From Marsupella aquatica (lineage: Eukaryota; Plantae; Marchantiophyta), in assembly GCA_973895155.1 (NCBI GenBank), contig OZ316899.1, positions 6,079,241 through 6,143,240 of the forward strand: a DNA stretch of 64,000 nucleotides, given 5' to 3'. The notes beneath the pieces are model-generated. The model worked only from the letters and a program-made list of their open reading frames with translations, did not search any database and had not been told where the DNA came from. Below are positions 36,300 to 49,003 of the stretch, one piece after another. Within the stretch, counting starts at the first letter, position 1; each line of letters starts with the position of its first letter. The position numbers and the translations under genes are program-made.

Positions 36300-39200
36300 T
36301 TAATTTTGTAGTTCAGTTAAGGTCCGTAGACCTACTGAAATGGCATGTTGCTTATGTAATGCAGGAGGTAGGGATTTGGTAAACATATCGGCAATGTTCT
36401 TTGAGCTTTGTATCCATTTGACTTGAATACTACTGCCTTGCTATTCATGCGTAAAGAAGAACTTAGGAGCAATGTGTTTGGTGCGATCTCCCTTGATAAA
36501 GCCTGCTTGAATTTGTTCAACGCAGGCTCGGTTATCTTCATGGATTTCTGTCGGTGTTGACAGTGTAGGTATGCCGGTATTCTCATGAATGTGATTGATA
36601 ACGTTGCGTAGCCAGATACACTCCCTGCTTGACTCATAGAGAGCTATGATCTTTGAATGGTTTGACGATGTCGTGGTTAGTGTCTGCTTGCAGCTTCGCC
36701 ATGAAATGGCTGTCTCGCCCATCAGGAAAACGTACCCTGTCTGGGACTTGGCGTCCTCAGGGTCTGAAAGGTAACCTGCATCAGCATACCCAGTGAGCAA
36801 ATAATTAGTATTTGATGGGTAGAATAGTCCCAGATCCATGGTACCAGCTAGGTAGCGGAAAATGCGCTTTATGCCGTTCCAATGCCTAATAGTTGGCTTG
36901 GCACTGTGGTGTGCCAGTAAATTTACTGCAAAGGCTATGTCGGGCCTTGTCTGGTTCGAAAGGAACATCAAGACACCTATAGCAGATAGGTATGGCTTTT
37001 CTGGGCCAAGTAGTGGCTCTGTTTCGCTCCTCTTCCGGAAGAGATCCTTTTCTTTGTCAAGTGAGCGAATGTCCATGGGAGATCTGACTGCAGTGGCTTT
37101 GTCCATGTTAAATTGCCTTAGTATCTTCTTGAGGTATGTGGACTGATGCAGTAGAATGCCATTATGCAGGTGCTCAAATTGCAGGCCTAGGCAGAAAGAA
37201 GTCTGACCAAGGTCGCGCATCTCAAAGGCCTTTTTCAGTAATGTAATAGTTTCAGTCAGAATCTTTTTAGTTCCGAACAGGTTCAGATCATCTACATAGA
37301 TGGCTACAATAATGAATTCTTTGTTCTCCCGCTTCAGAAATAAGCAGGGTGCTATATCAGCATTCTGAAATCCCATAGCTTGCATCTCGGCCTTAAATCA
37401 TTTGTACCATGTCAGGCCGCTTTGCTTAAGGCCATACAGTGATCTTAGCACCTGTACTGCGAATCTAGTTCTCCGGGTGGTGTCCCTCTGATTCGGTGTA
37501 GGAGCTTTGAGGGCTATCTTGGCTGCAGTCTTGTGGAGTATTGCTGAATTTGTGTGTTCGAATGTTTCCGGCTGATTTCGGGTTGCTGCAGTATGGAGTT
37601 GTTTCCCTTTGCTGTGGTATGCGACTCGTTTCACCAATTTTGGGGGGGCCTCCATGTATATAACTTTGTCTAAGTGTCCGTATAAATACGCTGTCACAAT
37701 ATCCATTTGATGCATGGATAAGTGATGGCATTGTGAAAATGTAATGAGGTATCTGTAGGTAATGACATCCATTACCGGGGAGTATGTTAGGTCATAGTCC
37801 CTGCCGGGGACTTGAGTAAATCCTCTGGCCACCAATCTGGCCTTATGCCATGTCACATCACCTTTCGCATTTCTTTTCTTGACTAAGGTCCATTTATAGC
37901 CAATGAGATGGGCTTCAGGTTCAGCTATTGTGATCGGTCCGAATACTTGGCGAGCTATGAGGGAGTCCAGTTCTAAGTGAATGGCCTGTTCCCATTCAGG
38001 CCAGTCAGGTTGGGCCTCAGCTTCTTTGATTGTGCGGGGGTCCGGCTGTTCGTCGTCGATCTGCTGTGCTATATGAAATGCAAATTGTTCGTCTATAGTA
38101 GTGTGCTCTCTGTCCCATACATGCCCAGTTCTTCCGTAGTTGATTGAGATCTCGGCATTGTCTTCTGGTACATTGGATTGACTGGGAGTTGGGTCCCTGG
38201 TGGATGTACTGGGTACAGGTGTTGGAGCAGCTCTACGCTGTCGTGGTTGTCTGTCAACAGCTCCCAGTGGGCAGCCTCTCTTTGCTTTCGGGGCTGTTGT
38301 TGTTGCTGGTGTGGTATCCATTTGGATTCTGGATGGTGCATTTGCTGCTGGGATATGAGAGCGTGTCACCTGGGCGGCATCTGTGAAGGAGTCTGGTAGA
38401 TGTTCTACCATCCTTGCTAAGTGTAAAGTTCGTTGTACTTCAGTGTCCGCGTGACTGTCCCTGGGGTCGTTCCAGAATCCTGCGTCAATTTGCCAAGTCA
38501 GTTGGGAGTTTTTCTCTGTGTCGTGTTGCTTCGTATGTAGGTTGGGGAATATATCTTCATAAAAGTGGCAATCTACAAAGCGTGCTTTGAAGACATCAGA
38601 GGTTGTGGGTTCCATATATCTAATAATGGAGGCTGAGTCAAAGCCTATGTATATCCCTGGGTGTCTCTGGGGGCCCATCTTGGTTCTCTTAGGTCCGAGG
38701 GTGGGTACCATTACCTTACAGCCGAATGTTCTCAGGTGAGAGACATTTGGTATGGTCCCTAGTGCTAGATGATGTGGGGTAAAGGAATTAAAGGATGATG
38801 GTCTGTAGCTGAGTAGTGCAGCAGAGTGGAGAATGGCATGGCCCCAGGCAGCTGTTGGTAGGTTCGACTGCATTAGGAGGGGCCTAGCAATCATCTGTAA
38901 TCGTTTGATCAGGGATTCAGCTATTCCGTTCTGAAAATGAACATGGGGCACTGGGTACTGTACATCTATGCCAGTCGCCCGGCAGTAATCTTCAAACGTT
39001 TTGGAGGTAAATTCTCCGGCATTGTCCACTCTGAGTGTTTTGATCTGGTGTTCGGGAAATTGTGCTCTCAGTTTTAGTATGTGCGCTAGGAGTCAGGAAA
39101 ATACCAGGTTTCTTGTGGATAATAAAGATATTTGACTCCATTTGGTTGATGCGTCTATGACCGCCAGGAAAAATCGGAATGGGCCGTTGGGGGGGTCGAT

Positions 39201-40901
39201 CGGCCCACATACATCGGCGTGTATGCGCTCCAGGAAGTGGGGGATTTGGCGCTCAATTTTGGGTGGTGAGGGACGGATTATGAGCTTGCCCTGTGAGCAG
39301 GCTAAACAAGGGGCTTTTATGGACGTAGGGTGGACAGTGTCCGGTATGCCATGAGTTTCTCTGATAAGTTTCTGGAACATTGTTGTTCCCGGGTGGCCCA
39401 GTCTCCTGTGCCAGATCTCGGTAAGTGTGCCTTGGAGTGTTCCAGTATAGAAACTGTGGATTTCAGTAGTGTAGCAACCGGGGGGTGATGCTCTCAGGAT
39501 CTCTCTGATCTTGGTATTTATTGGTTCCCCCGAGGTGATGTACAAGACTTCCCGTCCTTGTTGAGTGCCAGTCTTAATATGTAACTTGTTAGCACGGATA
39601 TCCCCAAAGCTTAGCAAGTTTCTGGTTGCCTTTGGGGCGTATATCGCTGACTCCACATGAATTATTGTCCCCCGGGGTAGGGTGACCAATGCTGGTCCAA
39701 ATCCCTCTTCCAATTGATGCTGGCCCATAATCGTTGTAAGTTTTCTTTGTGATGGTGTAATTTGCTTGAAGTATTCTTTGTGCTTGAAAATGGAATGTGA
39801 TGTACCACTGTCTACTATGCAGTGAGAAGAATTGTCTTTTATATTAGAATCAGATGTGATGTTTAATGTGACCATATGTACAGATGGTATGATCTTCGTA
39901 GATTCTAAAAAGGTCCCATACGTCTCAGGTTCATTTTGTGCAGTGCTCTTCTTGTATAGTTGCACCAGGTGTGCGGGTGTATGGCAGAATTTTTGAATGT
40001 GGCCTTTAGTGCCACAACGAAAACAGGTAGAGGGGTTTTCGTATTTATCTCTTTGAGTGCTTTGTTGTTGATTTGTCCTCGCTCGGTGTTGATAGTTGCC
40101 TTGCTGCCAATTGTTTCTGGAGTTATCGCCGGTGTTTTGGTATCTTCCCCTGGATCTGCCTCTGAAGTTGTTGCTTCTGCCTCCACGTCCTCTGAAAGAG
40201 CTGCCTCGGCCTCTGTATGTGGTTCTCCCCCTGAAACTGCCTCGACCACGGTAAGATGAGCCCTCTCCCCTCTGGGTTGTAACATAGTGGGATTCTGAAT
40301 TTGTGACTGGAGGGAGAGTACCAGGGGGTCGTTTTGGGGAATTCTGTAATAGCAATAGCTGGTGCTTTTCAGCCAGGAGCATATGGGCAATCAACTCGGA
40401 GTATTGGGTGAATCGCATATTGCGATATTGGGTAGAGAGGATGAGATTTGTAGAGTGAAGGGTAGAGAGCGTTTTCTCAATCTGTTCGTCATCATTAACG
40501 GGGTGGCCACATATGGCCAATTGGGATACAATCCAAAATAATTCGCAATTGTAATCCGCGATTGTTTTATGGTCCTGGACCCGGAGATTTATCCAATCGT
40601 GTCTGGCCGCAGGCAGGTGTATGGTACGCGTGTGGTCGAAGCGTGATTGAAGTGCGTCCCAAAGGACGCTCGGATTATATTCGTTCATGTACTGTTGCTT
40701 CAAGGAGTCACTCAAATGGTGTCGAATTAGTATCAATGCCTGCGCTTTTTGCTGAAGTGTTTGGCCATTGTCAGTTATTACTGTATCCTGTAGATTCTTT
40801 GAAGTTAGGTGAGCTTCAGCATCGAGCGTCCAGGACAGGTAGTTGGCACCATCGATGCTGAGTGGTTGGAATAAGAGTTTCTCCATAGAATTCTTTGACA
40901 T
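36300..40901 (-). pseudogene. gag-pol: Copia gag-PR-INT-RT-RNase H polyprotein, one frame with three premature stops
   Basis: ORFs 39093-40952, 37398-39029 and 36441-37385 share a frame that continues to TAA at 36300. Motifs CFRCGTKGHIQKFC, VDSGTS, WHRRLGH, SLYGLKQSG, YVDD, GYADA. Confidence 0.95.
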
Positions 40902-41225
40902 ATTGCAAGATTCTAGTGGTATAATTTCTTGTTGGTAAGCACAAGGTTGCAATTATATTTTGGGTGTTGAATCTCAATTTCATTCCATTGTTGAAATTTG
41001 GGAAAGAGGAAATGGAATTGCAAATTGTAGTTGGTAAATTGTAATTTCTTATCTCAATTGTCCAATTTGTCCAATGTGTAATCTTGATTTATAACATTCC
41101 ATCCCCCTTGATTGATCTAGCCACCGCTGCACCTTTGCCTGCCATTAATCCTTTCCTAAGAGGTTGCCAATCTATCTCAAGAGAAGAAAAAGTGAGGTAA
41201 TTTTAAAAAAATTTGATTCAAATCA

Positions 41226-41242
41226 GCATCGTGCTGATAACG
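41226..41242 (-). promoter_or_regulatory. Copia PBS complementary to the 5' half (anticodon arm) of tRNA-Ile
   Basis: Plus strand GCATCGTGCTGATAACG resembles plant tRNA-Ile GCGTCGTGCTAATAACG. It abuts the 5' LTR and has no TGG. Confidence 0.75.
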
Positions 41243-41400
41243 TGTTGTAAGGTATACAACAACTGATTCTTCATTCCCTTCCATATCCTTACATATAGGC
41301 TATCGAATAGCCAGGCGGTTAGACAGTTAATGTGGTCTAACCTGAGTAGACGTAAACCTAGTTAACCTCATGTATGGTCTGGTTAACTCGGGTTACAACA
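41243..41400 (-). repeat. Copia 5' LTR (158 bp)
   Basis: Direct repeat of 35124-35281. Confidence 0.95.
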
Positions 41401-41666
41401 AAAAACACATTCAGGAATTATATGTAAAAAACCCCAAGATAGGGTTAACTTACAAGATACAAGATACAAAAAATTTCAAAATGATGATGCTTACAGCGGG
41501 ACCCCAGTGGGGCATACAATAATGCATACAATGCATATATGTTTTACCAGTCTGGCTAAACTGGTATAGGCAAGACTGGGCAAGATAGGTGGGCAGTAGA
41601 AACACCCACACAAGCATGGGCACCACTTGCACAGGGCCTGCACGGTACATTGGCCTGGAGAGACTA

Positions 41667-42410
41667 TTACAAACTTAACGAGATTACAAACCAGATAGCT
41701 AAGATACAACTAATGTAGGTGCAGGTGTAGGTACTAACAGAAGGACTCACTTGGGACACTAAAGTCAGTGGGTGTCCCCCAACTACAGAATGGGCTACAG
41801 AACTATCATCACACAAATTGAACAGAATCTCATCAAAATCAACCTCATCCCCATCCTCATCATCATTTGTAGGCGAGTTTGTAGGACAACAGATTGCAGG
41901 CCACCCAAGAGGCAATCCAGCTCGCCAAAATATTTGTTGCAGGAAGTGTGTTGGTACAACACTAGTCATCAAATTGGAATCCAAACCAGGAACAATTTTA
42001 AAGAACCCCTCTAGTCTCGCCTCCATTGGGGCCTCCACACCTGTCACTTCTAATACACGAACCTCATCTGAGACAACATGTTCACCTCCACACCCATGAA
42101 CTGGACTCCCGATTGGGCTAAGAAGAAGCCCACAGGATCCATTTGTCTGCACGTCATTCTCCATGTTGCTCCATTTTGCTTCATCATCAATCCTATGCAA
42201 TTCAGGATCCTTTGTTGTTGCCACTTGACTTAGAATTGAATTCACAGGCCCGACCACAGGCTCCAAGCAATTATTGCAAGTAGCAATCATGTACCTGTTA
42301 GAAGCCATTCTAGCACGCAAATCAAACTGATCCAATAGTAGACCAAGGAAGCACGTATCAATAGCAGTAGGAATATCAGAGTTTGAATTACAAGTACAAT
42401 CGCCATACAT
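41667..42410 (-). CDS. Hypothetical ORF (247 aa) downstream of the P-like transposase, same strand
   Basis: Open frame with an acidic patch and no recognisable domain. Exon boundaries uncertain. Confidence 0.35.
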   Translation of the reverse strand: MYGDCTCNSNSDIPTAIDTCFLGLLLDQFDLRARMASNRYMIATCNNCLEPVVGPVNSILSQVATTKDPELHRIDDEAKWSNMENDVQTNGSCGLLLSPIGSPVHGCGGEHVVSDEVRVLEVTGVEAPMEARLEGFFKIVPGLDSNLMTSVVPTHFLQQIFWRAGLPLGWPAICCPTNSPTNDDEDGDEVDFDEILFNLCDDSSVAHSVVGGHPLTLVSQVSPSVSTYTCTYISCILAIWFVISLSL

Positions 42411-42527
42411 ACTACACTACATTTAAAAATTGGTATCCTACCAATACAAAGTTGTAGCAAGCTCAAACTAAGTATGTAACCATCAGATGATACACACTTT
42501 GGTGTAGCCTTACCCAAATGATGATAA

Positions 42528-43669
42528 TTACACAATCTTGCTTGTGACAAAATTGTCCAGAGTAGTTACATCATCTGGATGCAACTTGAAGACTGTTGGG
42601 TACAGTGGATCAACTGTAAAATGCACTGTTGATATCACACAATCCAGGTCAATGGACTATGGATCTACCATATTGTAGGCAAATTTGTGCTTACTGCTCC
42701 CAATCGGAGTAAACCAATTGAAAACCACTTGACAACAGTCTTCAGCACTAGGCCTATCAAGCAAATCTAATGCTTCCCTAGACCTGGCTAAATTATTTCC
42801 ATATTTTCTATGGATGCTTTGCACTCTCCCAATCCACCAGACATACTTTCCCCCATAAATAGAAGAAACCTGTACAGGTTCACCTCTTGGCCTCTTTGAT
42901 GTTTGACTGCTTGGCTCTGCCAACCTCTTTCCTTTTCCCTTCCCTTTATTACTTTGTGATAACGCCACTGTGTTCCTGGTGGTCCTAGTCACCTGCTCAC
43001 TTTCATCAAGAAAAAACACTCCACAGTCACTGCCTACTGTCATGAACATAGTTTGAACACCTTCCCGAATGTTTGGTTTGTCCACTAAATTGTTGAAGTA
43101 AATACTTTGTCGTACACGGGTCAAGCGATCCTTACTAAGAAGAGGGTTCCTAACTAATTGACTAACCAATGTGCTCTTGTAGATCTGTCGATCTTGGTAA
43201 CTTACAGTTGGTTTCACATCCTTTCTTGGTGCCCCATACAACAGGTCAGAATGCAGAATGTTCATAGTAGCGGACACTTGAGCGCACGCTATCTCTATGT
43301 CCTCACCAGTGAAGACCTCAGGAATAGCCTCCTCTTCAACAGGAGCAGAAGCTGATTCACCTTCTTGCGCAACTACTACACCCTCTTTCACAACAGCAGC
43401 GGATGATTCACCTTCATTTGCAACCACTACACCCAATCTTGGACGCAAAGAATCATCCAAAGAAGATACCAAAGTATCCACATTGATATCACACCATCCA
43501 CCAAACTTTACCCCTTTTGCTTCAATCTTCCAAGGCGTTTTCCACCAGACCTGGTCCCTGCAAGATGTGGAGGGATTCATCTCTAACTCAATTGCAGCAC
43601 CTTGGGCCAATACAAAGCCCTCCTGTAGAGGTTTCACGATTTCTGCATTACTCTCAATTCCAGTATAAT
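42528..43669 (-). pseudogene. C-terminal part of the P-like transposase
   Basis: Removing the CACTA and one AAT copy joins ADHMN (60609) in frame to YTGIESNAEIVK. The frame continues through a TAG at 42657 to TAA at 42528. Confidence 0.8.
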
Positions 43670-43679
43670 CACTACTACA

Positions 43680-44150
43680 TATTGGCCCCTTTTGCGAAGC
43701 TTTTTTTTTACGTCGGGATGGTCTTGCGATGTCATCGACTTCAGATATTTTGTGATCAAACACGCATCACAATAAACCATGCTCAAAGGTTCGCAACATA
43801 GTGTTGCGAAGCTAAATACCTCGCAATTTGTTTGAGATTGGATTGAATTCGCAACTCTTTCAGATACTATTTGTCTCGCAAAGTATTTGTGGATCCGCGA
43901 CCATCGCGACTGCATTTGGATCTCTTTTGTTTCATAATTTAGCGATAATAATGTACTCAAATATATCTTGTGAACCTATTAGCTTCGCACAATATTGTGA
44001 AGTATAAATAGTTGCAAGTTACCGAAGCCAGTTGATTCGCAAAGTTGAGAACCCATTGGCATCACAATTACCGATGGTGTGTTATTCACAAAGTGTTCAG
44101 AAGTTGCTTCTTGACAAGCTTGAAAATGTTTTGCAAAGAGAGTTGTTTGA
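43680..44150. repeat. CACTA left subterminal repeats (TCGCAA/TTGCGA motif)
   Basis: Repeated TCGCAA / TTGCGA in both orientations. Confidence 0.75.
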
Positions 44151-44424
44151 AAAGTTTGTAGAATGGAAATGTTTGAGAGAGTTTCTTTACAAGATGGAGA
44201 ATGCATGTGTTTAGGTTACAGCTAGGGTTTTCAAAAAGGTGGCATGCATGAGGATAGCTTTGGAAACGGCTAGGGTTGCATATATAACAGTGAGATGAAA
44301 TTTCAAAGTCCAATTAAGTGTTTGTAAAACAAAAGAAGAAAATTAATATGTTAATATAAATAAAACCATGATAGTTAGTTTAGGGTCAAATTCTGGGCCC
44401 ACAACAAGTTTTACTACTAGTGCA

Positions 44425-47400
44425 TCAAACCTGGTCCTCATCCTCTCCTCCATTTGACACAATAATAACGTCAGGTTTTTCCGAGATAATGGAACGGGAC
44501 CATGGCACATACGGTATAACAACTGACCACTCTGGGTCTGGTGGGTACGGAATATAGAAACACTACTCAAGGTGACTTGGGAATGTAAATGGTTCAGATG
44601 TTTGCCAATGAGATGGTTGAAAGCTAGTTGCTGATGTCTTCAATCGAGTAAACCCACACTCATCAAGAAGTACCGTGCGATTATCACCAACCAGGTGAAT
44701 TTTGAACCACTTACACTTGAAGACATACTCTTCAAATTTGGAATCGGCATCATAGGATATGATCAAGATCTCCTCAATCTTCCCATAATGAGGCACCACA
44801 TCTCTGATCACATTAGTGTCATGACAGCTACTTTGTGAATCTTCATGAACTGCCCTTGAACTCCACAATCAAAAGTTCTTCCCCTCTTCTCATCAAGGTC
44901 AGAAATCCTAAAATGCCTCCCTTGTGTCCACATTGCTGTTCTGGTCTGAACAAGTCTTAAAGGACCATGAACAATTGTTTGAACCTCAGGAGTCATATCT
45001 GGAAAATGTGATACATTCTCACCTTGGGCCACCATAGCATCCAACTGAAGTACTTTCTCCTTCATATACTCAAGGAACTTTGGAAAGATCCTTGGGCGAC
45101 GACTCTCCCTCTTTGCATCCTCATGAAACTCTCTCCAATCTTCCATCACATTGTTGTTACTCAACATGAAAGTACTAACCTGTGTCAACTCCGTTGCGGT
45201 TAGTAAGCGTGTTTTTTTTGCACCTGTTAAACGGTCCTCCTCCACTTCCCTCTCTTCCATCCAAGTGCGTGGACAACTAGGATCAATGGTAGCTAAGATG
45301 TTACTACAATAAAACATACTCTCAGCTGCCAAGTATCCAGTTGCCATGCTCCCCTCCACTCGTGCACGGTTCCGTACATAAGCCTTTAACACGGCCATAT
45401 ACCTTTCCAGCCAATACATCCACCTACAATGCACTGGACCGGCAATGGCAACCTCCCTCACAAGATGAACGAGAAGATGCACTTGACAGTCAAAGAAGGA
45501 AGGAGGGAGGGCCTTCTCCAACTTGCATACCACCTCTGCTGCCAATACCTCCATCCGTGGTATCTCTTCTTCATATATTTCCTTTGAGCATATCCATCTC
45601 AACAAAGTGCCCAGTGACCAAAGGGCGTCTTGCACTTCTTCACTCCCCAAACCTATGATTGCCACAGGAAGTATATGTTGTAGTAAACGATGATAGTCAT
45701 GTGTCTTGAGATACATTGGCCATTTATGACTGTCCTCCATCCCAAAAGCCTTACGTAGATTGGCACCATAGCCTGTAGGAAACCGCATCTGCCCTATGCG
45801 TTGTCGAAACTCTCTTCTTTCACCAACACTCAAAACCCATGGAGCTGAAGGACGATATTCCATCCCTGTGGATTCATCAACTGTTATCCATACATCTGGA
45901 TGTCGTTCTAGATCCTAGCATGCCTCCCTAAAATTAATGTTCTTTTCCCCATAAAAGTGCTTGATCAAAGCCTTCCCAACATTTCCCTCTATATGCATGG
46001 GGTCTAACAAGTGATGAATCTTCAACTCAGGCCAATAGGGCAAAGTGACCAGTATACTCTACCTTGTCAATCCACTACCATCAAATCCCATGGCATCTTC
46101 AGGGTCTGCCACCCTATCAGCTATGGATTTCCAATACAAAAATGTTGTGCGGTCAGGTATCTCACGCTCATCACCATTGATCATGTCAAAGTCTGAAAAC
46201 AAAAGGGGGTCAGACCTCATGTGATGCCCAAGTGGAAGAAACTTGGTATGACCAAGGTAGATTATCTTGTGCAGCCATTTTGAGTACTTGGCCATATCGT
46301 GAAGGCTTGGACCACAAGTGGAGCATGCCTTGTACCCTTGAGTTTGGAACCCAGAAACAAACCCAAACCCTGCTCACAAAATAACATTCTCAATTAGAGT
46401 CAAAGGAATTGAAAAGTTCATGTACATAGAATTAAAGAGGGACTTCCTTCCAAACAAACTTGATCTCCAATACATGAAAAAAATACAAATCCATACCACT
46501 CACCTGGATAGTCATGCATGGTCCACATAATGATTCCCTTCAATTGGAAGACACGTGGTAACCCTCCTGTAGTTGTCCAACCATCATATGCCCATACACC
46601 CCCCCATAATTTATGGAGTTCCCCAACCAAGAGTGCCAAGTAGGTGTCCATGTTTTTTACCTTAGATGGACCTGGGATAATCAATGATAGCAATAAGAAT
46701 CCCTTTTTCATGGACAACCATGGGGGAAGGTTGTAATTCATAACAACCACCGGCCAAACCAAAGTAGGGCGCCCTTTCCCTCCAAGGGAGTGTGGGCTCA
46801 CCCCATCTGATGCCAACCCCAACCTCACATGATGAGGGTCACGTGCAAACTTTGGCCATTGTGACTCCACATGCTTGTGAGCAGGGGAATCAACTGGCAA
46901 CCGCATGACACCGGCCTCTGATCGATGTGTCTTATGCCATACCATCAATTCTGCCAAGTCAGAACATCGGTACATGTGCAACAATCGAGGAATAATAGGA
47001 AACCAACGAACAACTTTTCTAGGCACCTTTGAGGTCAACATGTTGGTTTCATATCGAGGCTCTTGACAAATTGGACACTCAGTTGCGCTGGCATTGGTCT
47101 CATGATAGAGAATGCAGTCATTCACACAAGCATAAATGATATGGTATTCCATGCCAATGGATGATAGAACCCTCTTTGCCTCCTTCCAAGTTCCTGGCAA
47201 CACATTTTCACTGGGTAACAAGAGATCATGGCAAATTGCAAACAAATCCGATAGTAGCGCATTGCTTGCCTTGTGTTTTGCCTGAAGATTCATCAATGCC
47301 AAGATGGCAGATAGTCTATTCAAACGAGCACCCCCATAAATAGGTGTTCTAGCATGTGCCTCAGCTTCTTCCCATTGTTTTTGTCCTTCAGGTGTACATT

Positions 47401-49003
47401 GAGGCCTTGGATCATGTGCAACATTTGGTGGAGGATCTCCTTCATTGGGTGGGACACCTCCTTCACCACCAATGTCTACACCAAACCAATCTGTCATGAA
47501 GTCATCCATGGCTGACTCTTGGTCTTGCATGACCTCATAATCTGTCCAAGGTGCCCCTTCATCTGGACTGTCATTATCATTGTCACTTGATGAGGAATCT
47601 GCTGATGATGTTTCCCCGTCTTGTGGCAAGCCCATTTCTTGATATGTAGCTCTCAACCTCCTTGGCAACATATCTTGACTAGGCCGCACATTCTATAGAC
47701 AATACAATAAAGCATTCACAATGAAATTAACTCCAAATATAGTAGTGCTCGAAACATATTATTAACAATATAAAAAGAACATGTCATTACAAAACATACA
47801 TTCACATACGATGAACGTATAATACATGTCCCTAAAGTAATCCTAATCCCATTCATAATGTGTAAACAACTCCTCTCCAGCCAGAATGGTCCTATTAGCT
47901 ACAACTAGACAATGGTCATGATGATATCTCTGCCCATAAGGGGCTGGAGGGGGACCATCAACAAAAACCCATTCACAGTTTTTCCTACGCTTAGGTCGGG
48001 TCCCCACAGTACTGTTGATGAAACCGGCAATATTCCCACTACGGATGGGATCACCATCAATTATACGCTGGTCACAATACTTTCTGGTGCAACCATCAAA
48101 AGTATCCATGTCCAATGCATAAGTCTTCCACTCAGGGTGTTGAACAAGGATCATGTTCCAATGTCTCCTCTTGTAAATGGGTCCACCATACGGGAACAAC
48201 GTTGGTCCATCCAAAGAGCGCCCTTTTCCACCCATATCATCCACAATAATATCCTGAAAGAGAAAATCCCATACCCATGCCTCTCCCCTAGGGCCGAACT
48301 CTTGACAACCCAACGTCTTCCCCAAACTTCTATCTCCTCACCATAGGTTATATCACATGGCAAACCAAGGCACTCCGGATTCCAATCCTTTATGATAGGA
48401 ACACATTTCCCTGTGAAGGTACAAGGGCCCCATCTACCATCAACCCTACAAGTGTACTGATCCACTTCCCCTCTAGGCTATCTTTTTGAATTTTTTTTCC
48501 CTCTTGTAACAATACCGTCACCCTAAATTGTCCCAACACTACCTTGCCCTGCTGCCACTAAACGAAAAGCTTGTGAAAGTGCCAAGCCTATAGCATCTAG
48601 AACTCCTTGTGAGAGAACATAGGGTGTTGGTGTAGTGGGTGTAGGCCTACTGGATACCTATAGGAAGAAATGGAACCAAGTGAGTGTGATGAACCTCCCA
48701 AATTTTATTTTATGCTACCTAGCAAGATTTACAAAATAAAATGGAAATCACAATAAGTTTACAACTCACCATACGGGATGAAGAAGCTCCCGGTGTAAGA
48801 TCTCGATGTTGGCCATATTGAGCAATGTGCTCCACACATACATATGACTTTTGGACAACCATCCCCACACATTTTTTACAACCACAAAGTTGGCGTGGTG
48901 GACCACTAGGTCGACGTACGGTTGGTTCAGACTGAGGAGGAGGACGACTTTCTTCATCGGAAGAGGAATCTGATGTGGTGGAAGTTGTAGAGGATGAAGA
49001 CAT
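44425..49003 (-). pseudogene. tnpD: CACTA TnpD/Tnp2-type transposase (Transposase_21, DUF4218, DUF4216-like); exons ~49003-48770, 47692-46504, 46369-44425
   Basis: CGCKKC...EHI..YG N-terminal finger, ACVNDCILY, CPIC, GLASDG, YNLPPW, HDYPG, LDPMH, KTHDYH, WMYWLER, FKCKW. GT-AG introns keep frame. Several stops and one frameshift. Confidence 0.92.
47843..48657 (-). pseudogene. SET-domain exon inside the first TnpD intron
   Basis: HGYGIF, PYGG, IDG...GNIAGFINS, ANRTILAGEELFTHY are SET hallmark motifs. AG acceptor at 48658-48659. Two TAG stops and a frameshift near 48260. Confidence 0.82.

Larger units (their letters stand above)
35124..41400 (-). mobile_element. Full-length Ty1/copia LTR retrotransposon, Bianca lineage
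   Basis: 158-bp LTRs TGTTG...CAACA, TSD AAAAA, PBS CGTTATCAGCACG, PPT GGGGGAG. Bianca-type motifs DNAGEFTS, ESLIKRLQ.IARPLLM, KGDRTKHI.PKFFFTHE. Confidence 0.95.

Noticed and set aside
42657-43763. 368-aa ORF as a stand-alone gene starting at 43763
   Set aside because: Its first ~31 codons are CACTA terminal sequence; the rest is the severed C-terminus of the P-like transposase.
47843-48657. SET ORF as an independent host histone methyltransferase gene
   Set aside because: It lies within the CACTA TIRs/TSD and inside the TnpD intron, and lacks its own evident start and the usual flanking domains.
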